DNA from: Candidatus Omnitrophota bacterium
Lineage (GTDB): Bacteria; Omnitrophota; Gorgyraeia; VGKN01
Assembly (NCBI GenBank): GCA_020052955.1
Contig: JAGVOB010000137.1
Coordinates: forward strand, 1 to 52,224
DNA: 52,224 bases
Direction: 5' to 3'
Both the position numbers and the translations under genes were made by a program. The notes below the pieces were generated by a model. The model was given only the letters and a program-made list of their open reading frames with translations, had not been told where the DNA came from and ran no database searches. Below, one piece after another: positions 9,977-18,437 of this stretch (positions are counted from its first letter, which is position 1; the number at the start of each line of letters is the position of its first letter).

Positions 9977-10198
9977 TTAGTCCCGGCGATACTGCGAAAA
10001 ACTATCGATAATCTCTATCGCGGTATACAGATCCCTGAGCTGGTCTATGATATGGCTCATTTTTTGGTTTATGTCGCTGATAAGATTTGCTAAGCAAGCA
10101 ATGTCCTTGTTGCATTTTTTCTTGGTCCTGTGTTTCTTATAAGTTGCTGTCATTTTTGAGTGCGTTTTTCGAAATACCTTTTGAGGGTCGAAACCCAT
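9977..10198 (-). CDS. Small basic hypothetical protein (probable true start ATG at 10153)
   Basis: ORF track gives 73 aa. An internal MTATYKKHRTKKK start overlaps (ATGA) the stop of a 46-aa upstream ORF. Confidence 0.3.
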   Translation of the reverse strand: MGFDPQKVFRKTHSKMTATYKKHRTKKKCNKDIACLANLISDINQKMSHIIDQLRDLYTAIEIIDSFSQYRRD

Positions 10199-10290
10199 TC
10201 CGGAACCAGATCGTCAATGCTATCCCTTGAAGTGGTTATTTCATAACGGTTGGATATCTCCTCATAAAGGTTTTTGGTGTCATCTGTCAT
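10150..10290 (-). CDS. Small hypothetical ORF (46 aa, below track cut-off)
   Basis: Own translation: MTDDTKNLYEEISNRYEITTSRDSIDDLVPEWVSTLKRYFEKRTQK. There is an ATGA overlap with the next small ORF. Confidence 0.25.
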   Translation of the reverse strand: MTDDTKNLYEEISNRYEITTSRDSIDDLVPEWVSTLKRYFEKRTQK

Positions 10291-10344
10291 TAGCCTTTGA
10301 AATTATCCAAGTATAAATAGTTTGTAAAGCAGTTGTAATACGGC

Positions 10345-10587
10345 TTAATCGTGAGAAGAAAAATATCTTGGCTTTCCCTTTGAATAGTCGCCGACAAGTT
10401 TTTCGTAAAGACCCGCGATTATATCGCGAGTCTGATAAATAACCTTCATCTGGTTATCCGGAGTATAAAGAAGCTTGTCTAGCGTGAATTGTGAAAGATT
10501 TGTCTGTCTTTCATACTTCATTCTATCAATAATCTTTTCTTTTTGCTCTTTCGTGAGTCTTACATTCAAGCTGGTGTTTTTAGGCAT
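10345..10587 (-). CDS. Ribbon-helix-helix (CopG/MobC-like) DNA-binding protein
   Basis: N-terminus SLNVRLTKEQKEKIIDRMKYE is a typical RHH beta-strand plus helix. It lies directly downstream of the integrase. A 7-bp inverted repeat (10589-10595 / 10608-10614) sits just upstream of its start. Confidence 0.5.
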   Translation of the reverse strand: MPKNTSLNVRLTKEQKEKIIDRMKYERQTNLSQFTLDKLLYTPDNQMKVIYQTRDIIAGLYEKLVGDYSKGKPRYFSSHD

Positions 10588-10657
10588 TTTGGTGTTACTT
10601 TAAAGGGACACCAATCGTATATAAAGTTTTCGTTTCAAAAGATAGCCGTTTACCAGT

Positions 10658-11785
10658 TTACAAGCTTTGTACCTTTCCGACTAATCCTAACTTTGCGATG
10701 GCCTGGGCAATCATCTTTAAGGTTTCAGGGTTACCGGTTAACTCGTTAATCAGCTCGTCAGAAGATTCCCTTTTCTTTTCAAGCTCTTTCATTCTTTCTT
10801 TTAGCGTTTCAACTTCTTGTTCTAACTCGTGTTTTTTCTCTTTTGGCAAGTCTTCGAGATTATAAACTGATTTCAACATTGCATCCTTAACATCTTTGCT
10901 TGATAAGTGGGTATAGAAATCACTCATATCTTTTGAATGTCCCATAAACTTCTGAGCTGTCTTTTGCGGTATCCCGGAATTGAGATAGAGTTCTGTTCCT
11001 CTTGTGTGCCTCAAGAGATAAGGGTTTATTCCTCTCCCCAAAACCTTCTTACTCAACACAGTTAACCATAATGAGAGAGCTCCTTTATTCAAAGGTTCAT
11101 TCTTATCCATCTTTGAAGGGAACACAAGTTCAACATCTTTCCCCTTTTCTTCCTTTAATTTTTTGAGGTAATAGGTTGCCTCTTTTACATAAACATTCCT
11201 AGCCCTCTTTGTCTTGGTTGCATAGATACTAAGTTCAGAAACATCTCCTTCAACATCAAAGTTCACATCTTTCCACTTCAAATTTCTCAATTCAATAGGT
11301 CTAAGAGCCGATTCATAGAGGGTTATAAAAAATGTTTTCCAAAACAAACGAGGTTCCGCCTTCATCATTTTCTCGATTTCTTCTTTCTTAAGAATTGTGT
11401 TAGAATTTATTTTTTTCTCGTTAAATGCCCGTTGCATCTTGATATCTTTAAGCTCTTCAAATTTTTCACTCCAATCCTTGTATTTCCATTTCAAAAATCT
11501 TTTAAGGTAGATTTTGATGCCGTTGGTTGTCCACTTCTCGCGATTACTCTGGTTAAGCAATGCAAGATACTCCCTAATATCCTTTAAGGTAAGATTATCA
11601 AGGGGTTTCTCAAGGGTATCTCTTATCTGAATTATACTTCTTCGGATATCCTTGAGTTTTCTCTCTCCTGCCCCAATGCTACAATACGAAATAAATTCGT
11701 TTATTATTTTTTGTTCTTTGCCAGGCAGTCTTGAGAACACCTTCTCTAAAGCTCCTTTCTCATATTCAGGGTAAACTACTCTCAT
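10658..11785 (-). CDS. Tyrosine recombinase / phage-type integrase with coiled-coil C-terminal extension
   Basis: Motifs ALRPIELRNLKW (Arg I), LLRHTRGTELY (H-x-x-R) and HSKDMSDFYTH (catalytic Tyr region). Confidence 0.85.
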   Translation of the reverse strand: MRVVYPEYEKGALEKVFSRLPGKEQKIINEFISYCSIGAGERKLKDIRRSIIQIRDTLEKPLDNLTLKDIREYLALLNQSNREKWTTNGIKIYLKRFLKWKYKDWSEKFEELKDIKMQRAFNEKKINSNTILKKEEIEKMMKAEPRLFWKTFFITLYESALRPIELRNLKWKDVNFDVEGDVSELSIYATKTKRARNVYVKEATYYLKKLKEEKGKDVELVFPSKMDKNEPLNKGALSLWLTVLSKKVLGRGINPYLLRHTRGTELYLNSGIPQKTAQKFMGHSKDMSDFYTHLSSKDVKDAMLKSVYNLEDLPKEKKHELEQEVETLKERMKELEKKRESSDELINELTGNPETLKMIAQAIAKLGLVGKVQSL

Positions 11786-12384
11786 ATCTTATTGAGTTAG
11801 TAGATATTTATAAACCCTTTGAAAGTTTAGTTTTTTAACAAACCCGTAAAGAGGAGGTTTCAATTTCCTAAACTTTTGTTAGGGTTTGTTATCTTAATTC
11901 CTGCAAGTCCATAGGGAAGCTAAGATAAGCCCAATAAACTACAACCGCCAATGATATTTTACCCTTACAACCTTTGCGGTGGGCTTGCGGTTGGAAGGAT
12001 AATAAACAGGAGTAGTTAACTGTCTTTTAAAATGTTGCTTTGAGAGCGACGCCTCACCCGGACAGGGCAGGAAAAGTTAACTCACGACGGGAATTGTATT
12101 GCAAATGTAATACATGCACTTTAACCTTTATTTACTCGATGAAGAAACCCAACGCCGTTCCTAGCAAAAGAAATATGTGGATTTCTGGCTGTATCGTTAG
12201 AGGAATATCAAAAGGTTCGTGTTTCTCGCGAAAGACGAACCTTTTCAATAAAAAATCTCTGTGTTAATAAACCCAACATTTCGCCTGAATTTCTTGGATA
12301 CTCCATTTCGAAAAAAGTATAATGTACAATAATACCATCAGTTTTCTTTGCATCTAGACGATATTAAGGTATAAGATAAAAACT

Positions 12385-13008
12385 ATGTCTTCTACAAACG
12401 ACAAAATCATACGGGCAGCTCTCCGAAATGTTTTAGATAAAGATCAGGAGAAGTACCGTTCAGAAAATGGGCATCCTGCAGAAATTTTTGAAGAATTAGG
12501 GGTGCGGCACGGAACAGCAAGGATAGATATGGCTGTTATTAATGGTGTTATGCATGGATATGAAATAAAAAGTGATTGCGACACACTTGACCGATTACCA
12601 GAACAGATGAACGAATTCAATGATGTCTTCGATAAGCTGACTTTGGTTGTCGGAAAGCGTCATTTATATGATGCAATATATATCGTTCCTGACTGGTGGG
12701 GTATTATTCTTGCGAAAATTGATGCAAACCAGGAGATATTTTTTCAAACCATTCGTGAAGCCGATGTTAATCAAAGCCAGGTCGGAGTTTCTATAGCACG
12801 GTTACTTTGGAAAGAAGAAGCACTTCAGATTTTAGAAGAACAAAACAAGGCACAGGGGGTACGCTCCAAGCCACGCGAATTTATATACCAAAGACTATCT
12901 AATGTATTAGATGTTAATACTCTTAAAGAGAAAGTAAGAGATGCATTGCTGATTTCTAGGGGAGCTTGGCGATCTGATGTGCCGTTAATGTTAAATGGTG
13001 ATTTATAA
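12385..13008 (+). CDS. sce7726-family / MmcB-like PD-(D/E)xK protein
   Basis: ARIDMAVINGVMHGYEIKSDCDTLDRLPEQ (D...E-I-K core followed by the D-x-L-x-R-L-x-x-Q signature as I recall it for this family). Its 3' end overlaps the convergent beta-protein gene by 53 nt. Confidence 0.65.
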   Translation: MSSTNDKIIRAALRNVLDKDQEKYRSENGHPAEIFEELGVRHGTARIDMAVINGVMHGYEIKSDCDTLDRLPEQMNEFNDVFDKLTLVVGKRHLYDAIYIVPDWWGIILAKIDANQEIFFQTIREADVNQSQVGVSIARLLWKEEALQILEEQNKAQGVRSKPREFIYQRLSNVLDVNTLKEKVRDALLISRGAWRSDVPLMLNGDL

Positions 13009-14071
13009 AAGCGTCAAGCCACTGTGGGGTATTGCCCGTGCCTTTCACTCCCGGATTTTTAATATAAGTTTCGAAATGTTTTGCTTTTTCAGCAATAAAT
13101 TTATCACCGTTACTAAATTTTCCCCCACCAAATCTTCCATCTTTTACCAACAGAGCCGCACTAGCTAAATATAGTTCAAATCGTTTTATCTTACCTTTGA
13201 GAATAAGCCAATTGTCTTCAAGCGCGTATTTAATGCTTGATGTAGGATGATAAAACTGCAATGTTTCATTATAGATAGGGTTTCTTATTGTGTAATCTGC
13301 AAAGGTTGGAACCCTTTTTGTTTGTTTATTTCTCATGTTTAACCAACTAAGCCATTCAATTCTAGGGATAAGTTTTTCCTCATCGACTGTACATTCAGAT
13401 AAGTCTTCTGGAAATGTACCGCAAGCAAAAATAAAATTTCGATACTTCGTCAAGTCCTTAATGTCCTGACTAAGATTGAAATATTTAAAATAGCATTCCC
13501 CCTTCTCCTTAATATCGACTACTAAATCAATATTACCACAGCTAGTGTCGAGATATTTTAAAACAACATCGAGTTCATTGTTTAGTTTATTTGTATTTTC
13601 TAAATCACTCGAAACAATTCGGAGGCAGACTCCTCTTTTATATTTTTTTAGGGCTTGTCTAATTTCTGTTTTGATTTTTTCGCTGTCGCTTAGGTTCAAA
13701 ATGGGTATGAGTATTACCCCCTGTTTGGCTGCTTCCTCTAGAATTTTTCCTATACTTTCTGCCTTTAGTTCAACAGTGTACAGTAGACTAAAATCGATAA
13801 AAGCTAGCCTAGTGCCCCAATATTCAGCTATCTCTTTTGGAATCTTAGGAATTCTTTTCGTTATAAATTCTGTAATTAACTCTTGGAATAACTCTTCTCG
13901 AGTTTTTCTAATTTTCTTCTCTTTATCTTTAAATAAAGATTTTGGTTTCGGCATAACAAGCTCTATAAGCGGTGATATTTGATCCTTATATTCATCTACC
14001 AATCCCGCTAAAGCATTTTGCTCGGCGTATTTCCATTTTAATATTGGGACATAGTGCTTTGAGTCAAACAT
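12956..14071 (-). CDS. Beta-protein family (sce7725-like) protein
   Basis: N-terminus HYVPILKWKYAEQNAL matches the hallmark start of Pfam Beta_protein as I recall it. It is the usual partner of sce7726-family genes. Confidence 0.65.
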   Translation of the reverse strand: MFDSKHYVPILKWKYAEQNALAGLVDEYKDQISPLIELVMPKPKSLFKDKEKKIRKTREELFQELITEFITKRIPKIPKEIAEYWGTRLAFIDFSLLYTVELKAESIGKILEEAAKQGVILIPILNLSDSEKIKTEIRQALKKYKRGVCLRIVSSDLENTNKLNNELDVVLKYLDTSCGNIDLVVDIKEKGECYFKYFNLSQDIKDLTKYRNFIFACGTFPEDLSECTVDEEKLIPRIEWLSWLNMRNKQTKRVPTFADYTIRNPIYNETLQFYHPTSSIKYALEDNWLILKGKIKRFELYLASAALLVKDGRFGGGKFSNGDKFIAEKAKHFETYIKNPGVKGTGNTPQWLDAFINHHLTLTAHQIAKLP

Positions 14072-14072
14072 A

Positions 14073-15311
14073 TTATTTATTCCACTTTATATCAGGGAAG
14101 CACTTTCTAGCTTTTGCTTCGTTTACAATTTTGTTCAAGTAAACGTATTTATTGCCTTTATGTCTAATCTGCCCAGCAATAATAGCTACGTGCACTCCAA
14201 GCTCTTGGGCTAGGCTATTTGCCGCCATAGAAGAAGGGACGAGTCTAGCTGGACTGACCTCCCATTTTGCTCTTGGCAAAAGAACTTCTTCTGCTAATGC
14301 GTCTGCTTCTCGTTCCTTCTCATCTATATCAATTATTTTTATTCCTTCGATTTCATCGTAAAAAAGGCTGATGCCACTATCGTAATGTCGAGCAATGTGT
14401 GCCAACTCATGTATTAATGTAAACCAAAAATTGTCTAATCGATCATACCTAAGGGTTAATCCTATAATTGGATTATCTTTATTAATTAGAATGGTTGCCC
14501 CATCTAAGTAAGTTTTAGAAAAGTGCGGCTCGATGATTAATATGATTCCATACTCTTTCAGGTATTCTTGAGCCAATATGGGGCTATTTTCTTTCGTACT
14601 TAACTTTACCAATTTTTGCATAAAATCAAGATCGATAGTCCCATGTTTATATCCCTTTAATGTTTTTACCTTCTTCGCCTTTTTAGACACCCAAATAGCC
14701 CAAGCAGTTAAGGCATGTTTGTCTGTGAGTGGTGAAGATCTATAATTGGATTTGCGCAACATTCCAACAAGCTGCGCAGAAGAATCAATTGATGAAAAGA
14801 AATTTTTGAGTAGATCGAGTTTGCTATATTTTTTTAATGGAGCATTGCCAAAATAACCCCTTGTCTCCATTTCTACTACAAGACGGTTGTCCCAATTCTG
14901 GTATTCGTAATTTTCGCCCGAGTCTGGTTTCCTTATAAGTACTTTGGCTGGAATCCCTAGACCTGCTTCTAGAGCTCTCACCATTTCAAGAGTTAGTTGA
15001 CGTTTGCCTGAAAGAATTTCTGATACTCTGCTTCTGCTGCCAATGTAAGGAATAAGGTCGCTTTGTGTAAGGCCAACTTGTTCCATTCTGAATTTAATCG
15101 CATCGATAGGATCGGGAAGTGTCTCTGGAAATACTCTCGTTTCGTAATCTTGGATAAGAGTACTAAGAAGGCTAAGCTGCTCCCCTTCCTCTGAATCAGG
15201 ATCTGGGTCACCTCGCATTAAATCCTCAAGTAGTTTAAGGGCCTCTTTGTAATCTTCTTCAGTTTTTATAACTTTAATTTTACTCATATTTTTGTCTAAT
15301 CTATTTTCCAT
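14073..15311 (-). CDS. higA: HigA-type HTH antitoxin fused to an ImmA/IrrE Zn-metallopeptidase domain (likely start ATG 15287, MSKIKVIK...)
   Basis: IKVIKTEEDYKEALKLLEDLM...DPIDAIKFRMEQVGLTQSDLIPYIGSRSRVSEILSGKRQLTLEMVRAL is a HigA-like HTH. It is followed by FTLIHELAHI (HEXXH). Confidence 0.8.
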   Translation of the reverse strand: MENRLDKNMSKIKVIKTEEDYKEALKLLEDLMRGDPDPDSEEGEQLSLLSTLIQDYETRVFPETLPDPIDAIKFRMEQVGLTQSDLIPYIGSRSRVSEILSGKRQLTLEMVRALEAGLGIPAKVLIRKPDSGENYEYQNWDNRLVVEMETRGYFGNAPLKKYSKLDLLKNFFSSIDSSAQLVGMLRKSNYRSSPLTDKHALTAWAIWVSKKAKKVKTLKGYKHGTIDLDFMQKLVKLSTKENSPILAQEYLKEYGIILIIEPHFSKTYLDGATILINKDNPIIGLTLRYDRLDNFWFTLIHELAHIARHYDSGISLFYDEIEGIKIIDIDEKEREADALAEEVLLPRAKWEVSPARLVPSSMAANSLAQELGVHVAIIAGQIRHKGNKYVYLNKIVNEAKARKCFPDIKWNK

Positions 15312-15583
15312 TTATCATATTCTTTATGCGTGCCTATCTTCTTTATTTGCACAATCTCGTTTTTGTAACTGACCTGTACTAGCAAGCGATACTTGTTCCA
15401 ACAAATATCGAAAACTACTTGACGATCCTTTAAGAAACTGGCCTTTGGGTATCTTTTTCTAATATCATGTGGGGTATTCCACTGTGATCCCTTCACTTCC
15501 GCTTCCCAAGACTCAATTTGTGATCGCGCTTCTGCATATTTTTCTTTGAAATAGTGCAATATTTCTCTGCCTAATAATTTCAT
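15296..15583 (-). CDS. higB: Type II toxin HigB (mRNA interferase)
   Basis: 95 aa with WNTPHDIRKRYPKASFLKDRQVVFDICWNKYRLLVQVSYKNEIVQIKKIGTHKEYDK, the canonical HigB_toxin family pattern. It lies upstream of higA. Confidence 0.85.
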   Translation of the reverse strand: MKLLGREILHYFKEKYAEARSQIESWEAEVKGSQWNTPHDIRKRYPKASFLKDRQVVFDICWNKYRLLVQVSYKNEIVQIKKIGTHKEYDKWKID

Positions 15584-15616
15584 ATTTTTTCAATGAACAT
15601 TGTATCTTTCTGTTTG

Positions 15617-15658
15617 TTCCCATATTGGGAATATACATCATACAGTATAGATTGTCAA
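15617..15658 (-). promoter_or_regulatory. Sigma70-like promoter with overlapping palindromic operator upstream of higB
   Basis: Read on the minus strand: TTGACA (plus coordinates 15653-15658), 17-nt spacer, TATATT (15630-15635). The palindrome TTCCCA-tat-TGGGAA (15617-15631) overlaps the -10/+1 region. Confidence 0.45.
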
Positions 15659-15697
15659 GATATTTTTTTATCCATCTCTTATATTTATAGCGCACTT

Positions 15698-15735
15698 AAA
15701 AAATGTTCGTGATTCGCTGGAATTACGAACTTTTT
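15698..15735 (-). terminator. Bidirectional-looking rho-independent terminator downstream of the PLD nuclease gene
   Basis: 10-bp stem gttcgtgatt / aattacgaac (one G-U pair), 6-nt loop. It is flanked by A6 (15698-15703) and T5 (15731-15735). Confidence 0.4.
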
Positions 15736-15845
15736 CTTGTGACCATTAAAGGTTCACATTTCATAAGAATTAGGAACCTTTTGGTCTGCCTTAAATCATA
15801 TCCTGTAATGTGCGGGATTCGTTTCATCTTTTAGGTTATGGCTAT

Positions 15846-16415
15846 CTAATATTTTTCACTATGCCCTTTATGCTTCAAATAGTTTTCCTCGTATCTCCTC
15901 ACCAAATCCGGTTGATCCTTTATTATAAGTAAATTCTCCGCATTCTTTTCTTCTGCCCCTTTGGTAAAGTTAAAACTTCCTGTAATTATCACTTTACTAT
16001 CAATTATCATTATTTTATTATGCGCAATAGCATGTCTTGAATCAATAAAGGTTGGAATACCTGCTTTAGCAACGTCACTTATCTTAGAGTACCTTTCTGT
16101 TTTCTGGCTCTTGTCCAAAACGATCTCAACATCAACACCGCGCTTATGTGCTTTTATCAGTGCGTCTGCTATCGGTTCTGATGTAAATGAATAAGCTTGG
16201 ACACAGATTGTTTTTTGAGCAGCCCTTATTTCATTAATTATGGCTTCTGTGCATCCGCCGTTGGGTGAAAAATAAGCATTGATTTTTGAGTTAACAGGAC
16301 TGCTATTTTCAACAACCGCAGTAGAATGAGAATTAGCTGATTGTTGATTGAGATACCAAAGACCAATACCACCAAGGATAAGAATAAAAATGAGAATGAT
16401 GAAAAATTTTCTCAT
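15846..16415 (-). CDS. Phospholipase-D-family endonuclease (Nuc-like) with N-terminal signal/anchor
   Basis: HKD motif HNKIMIIDSKVIITGSFNFT; hydrophobic N-terminus MRKFFIILIFILILGGIGLWYL. Confidence 0.8.
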   Translation of the reverse strand: MRKFFIILIFILILGGIGLWYLNQQSANSHSTAVVENSSPVNSKINAYFSPNGGCTEAIINEIRAAQKTICVQAYSFTSEPIADALIKAHKRGVDVEIVLDKSQKTERYSKISDVAKAGIPTFIDSRHAIAHNKIMIIDSKVIITGSFNFTKGAEEKNAENLLIIKDQPDLVRRYEENYLKHKGHSEKY

Positions 16416-16616
16416 AAATTAGAGCCTTGCTTATTCATGATAATACATAATCTTGGATACCATGTAAATATTAACATTATTGTATCTTAAAACACCATTC
16501 AAACTAGAACAGAGAATAAAATGTTACTATTCCTTTGATTTTATTCTGAATTTTGGGTAATATTTTATTCTACTATCGTTTGTTGTAATTTAACATCAAC
16601 TTATTTTATAGTCGGT

Positions 16617-18431
16617 ATGAATGAATTAGAAAAAGAAAATAAAGAGCTCTTAACGACCATTGAGAAATTACAAAGACAAGTTAAGGCGCTAAAATCCAGA
16701 AAAACATATGGGCTTGTTTGGGAGGAGGAAAAAGAACCCGAACAAGTAGTTTTGGACTGTCAGCATAAAATCCCAATTCTAAAAGAGGTAAAAATAAAAG
16801 ATATTGACTCAAGAGGAATCCTTCCAACAAATTTCATGATAGAGGGTGACAATTACCACTCATTATCGGTTCTGAACTACACACATAAGGGTAAAATCGA
16901 CTTAATTTATATTGACCCCCCTTATAATACTGAATCTAAAGAATTTGTATATAATGATAAATACATAGATAAAGAAGATACATATCGGCATAGTAAATGG
17001 TTAAATTTCATGAAAGCAAGATTAAGCTTAGCAAGAGAGCTTTTAAATGCTACTGGTGCTATTTTTATCTCAATTAATGAAAATGAATTTTGTCAATTAA
17101 AATTACTTTGCGATGCAATATTTGGGCCATCTAACTATATGTCTACCTTTACGATAAAAGTTAGGCACGAAGAGAGAATTTTAAAGGGTGATAAAGATTT
17201 TCATGAAGTAGTCGAATATTTATTGATGTATCGAAAAACCCAAGAATACATCACTACAAAGAGAATTAGGGATAATACTTCCAACCAAGAATATGTTTAT
17301 GAGATCCAAGAGTTGATTAAGAAACCTAAACATATCGAACTTGGCTCTAAAAAGGTTTTTGTTTTCAAGCCAGGACAATATAAAATCATAAAGGGCGCAC
17401 CTGACGAAAAGAAATTAAAGAAAATCAATATTCGAGGTAGTATTAAGGAAGGTAATAGCAGTGGAAGATTTTATATGGCTCATCTCGAGAAAAAGAGGAA
17501 AGACATTGCTTATCTATACAAAGTTCCCAATATGGGTGGTGATGGCCTTGGTTACAGGTATTTTTTAGCTCCTACTTCTGAAAAAAAATCTAATGGCGAT
17601 TACTTTCAAGGAGTACCCCAAGATAGATCTGATGTGAAAGAAATCCCTTATCCCAACTATTTTGATTTTGAAGAAGATTTTAATAATGTTGGATATGAAG
17701 GAGAGGTGGATTTCAGAAACGGTAAAAAGCCCATCAATTTTATTATGAAGGTATTTGAAATGGGCGGATTAATTAATAATAAAAACGCCCAAATCGTAGA
17801 TTTCTTTGCAGGTTCAGGTTCTACGGCGGAAGCCTTATTAAGACTAAATGCGGTTGATGAGGGAAAAAGACGATTTATTATTTGCACAAATAATGAGGTA
17901 GAATACAAATCCGATCAAGAATTGAAAAAGCAAGGATACAAACCAGGAGATAAAGAATATGAAGCTGAGGGTATTGCTCAAAAAAAGTGTTATCCGCGAT
18001 TAAAAAACATTATAAATGGATACGGCGATTATAAACCATTGTCATTTAATTTAAAGTATTTTAAAACAGTTTCATTAGATATAGACCATATCTCGCATGT
18101 TTCCGACGAGCAAAAAATAAATTTGACTCACAGAGCAGGCGAAATGATTGCTTTAAGAGAAGATACTTTTGAAGAGGTTGAGAAAAATGAGTATTGGCAG
18201 GTATTTAAAAACAGAATGAAATATACGGCAATTTATTTTAAGGAAGACAAATTGAAATTAAATGAATTTACTAAAAAGTTAGGGAATCTAAAAGAACCGG
18301 TCGTTCTTTACATTTTTAGTTGGGGCAAAAATGAATATAAGAACGAGTTTACAGAATATAAAAATATAAAGGTTGAGGATATACCCGAACCTATTATTGA
18401 TGTTTATAAAGAAGTAAATCGTTTGAGCTAG
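16617..18431 (+). CDS. mod: Type III R-M DNA methyltransferase (Mod, N6-adenine beta class)
   Basis: Motif IV DLIYIDPPYNT precedes motif I VDFFAGSGSTAEA. The res gene follows after 6 nt. Confidence 0.85.
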   Translation: MNELEKENKELLTTIEKLQRQVKALKSRKTYGLVWEEEKEPEQVVLDCQHKIPILKEVKIKDIDSRGILPTNFMIEGDNYHSLSVLNYTHKGKIDLIYIDPPYNTESKEFVYNDKYIDKEDTYRHSKWLNFMKARLSLARELLNATGAIFISINENEFCQLKLLCDAIFGPSNYMSTFTIKVRHEERILKGDKDFHEVVEYLLMYRKTQEYITTKRIRDNTSNQEYVYEIQELIKKPKHIELGSKKVFVFKPGQYKIIKGAPDEKKLKKINIRGSIKEGNSSGRFYMAHLEKKRKDIAYLYKVPNMGGDGLGYRYFLAPTSEKKSNGDYFQGVPQDRSDVKEIPYPNYFDFEEDFNNVGYEGEVDFRNGKKPINFIMKVFEMGGLINNKNAQIVDFFAGSGSTAEALLRLNAVDEGKRRFIICTNNEVEYKSDQELKKQGYKPGDKEYEAEGIAQKKCYPRLKNIINGYGDYKPLSFNLKYFKTVSLDIDHISHVSDEQKINLTHRAGEMIALREDTFEEVEKNEYWQVFKNRMKYTAIYFKEDKLKLNEFTKKLGNLKEPVVLYIFSWGKNEYKNEFTEYKNIKVEDIPEPIIDVYKEVNRLS

Positions 18432-18437
18432 TAAAAT

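Noticed and set aside
6688-11856. Three copies of tttaaccaac(c)cgtt (about 6691, 9592 and 11843), considered as att-type direct repeats bracketing the HerA cassette and the integrase module
   Set aside because: There are only 11 exact nucleotides plus an indel or mismatch. My rough estimate is that matches of this quality are expected by chance in 52 kb of AT-rich DNA, and the middle copy lies in coding sequence. It is worth a computational repeat search but cannot be supported by eye.
12040-12267. 75-aa TTG-initiated ORF in the integrase / sce7726 intergenic region
   Set aside because: It has no SD and an odd Cys/Arg-rich composition. The hairpin at about 12212-12245 is better read as a structural or terminator element.
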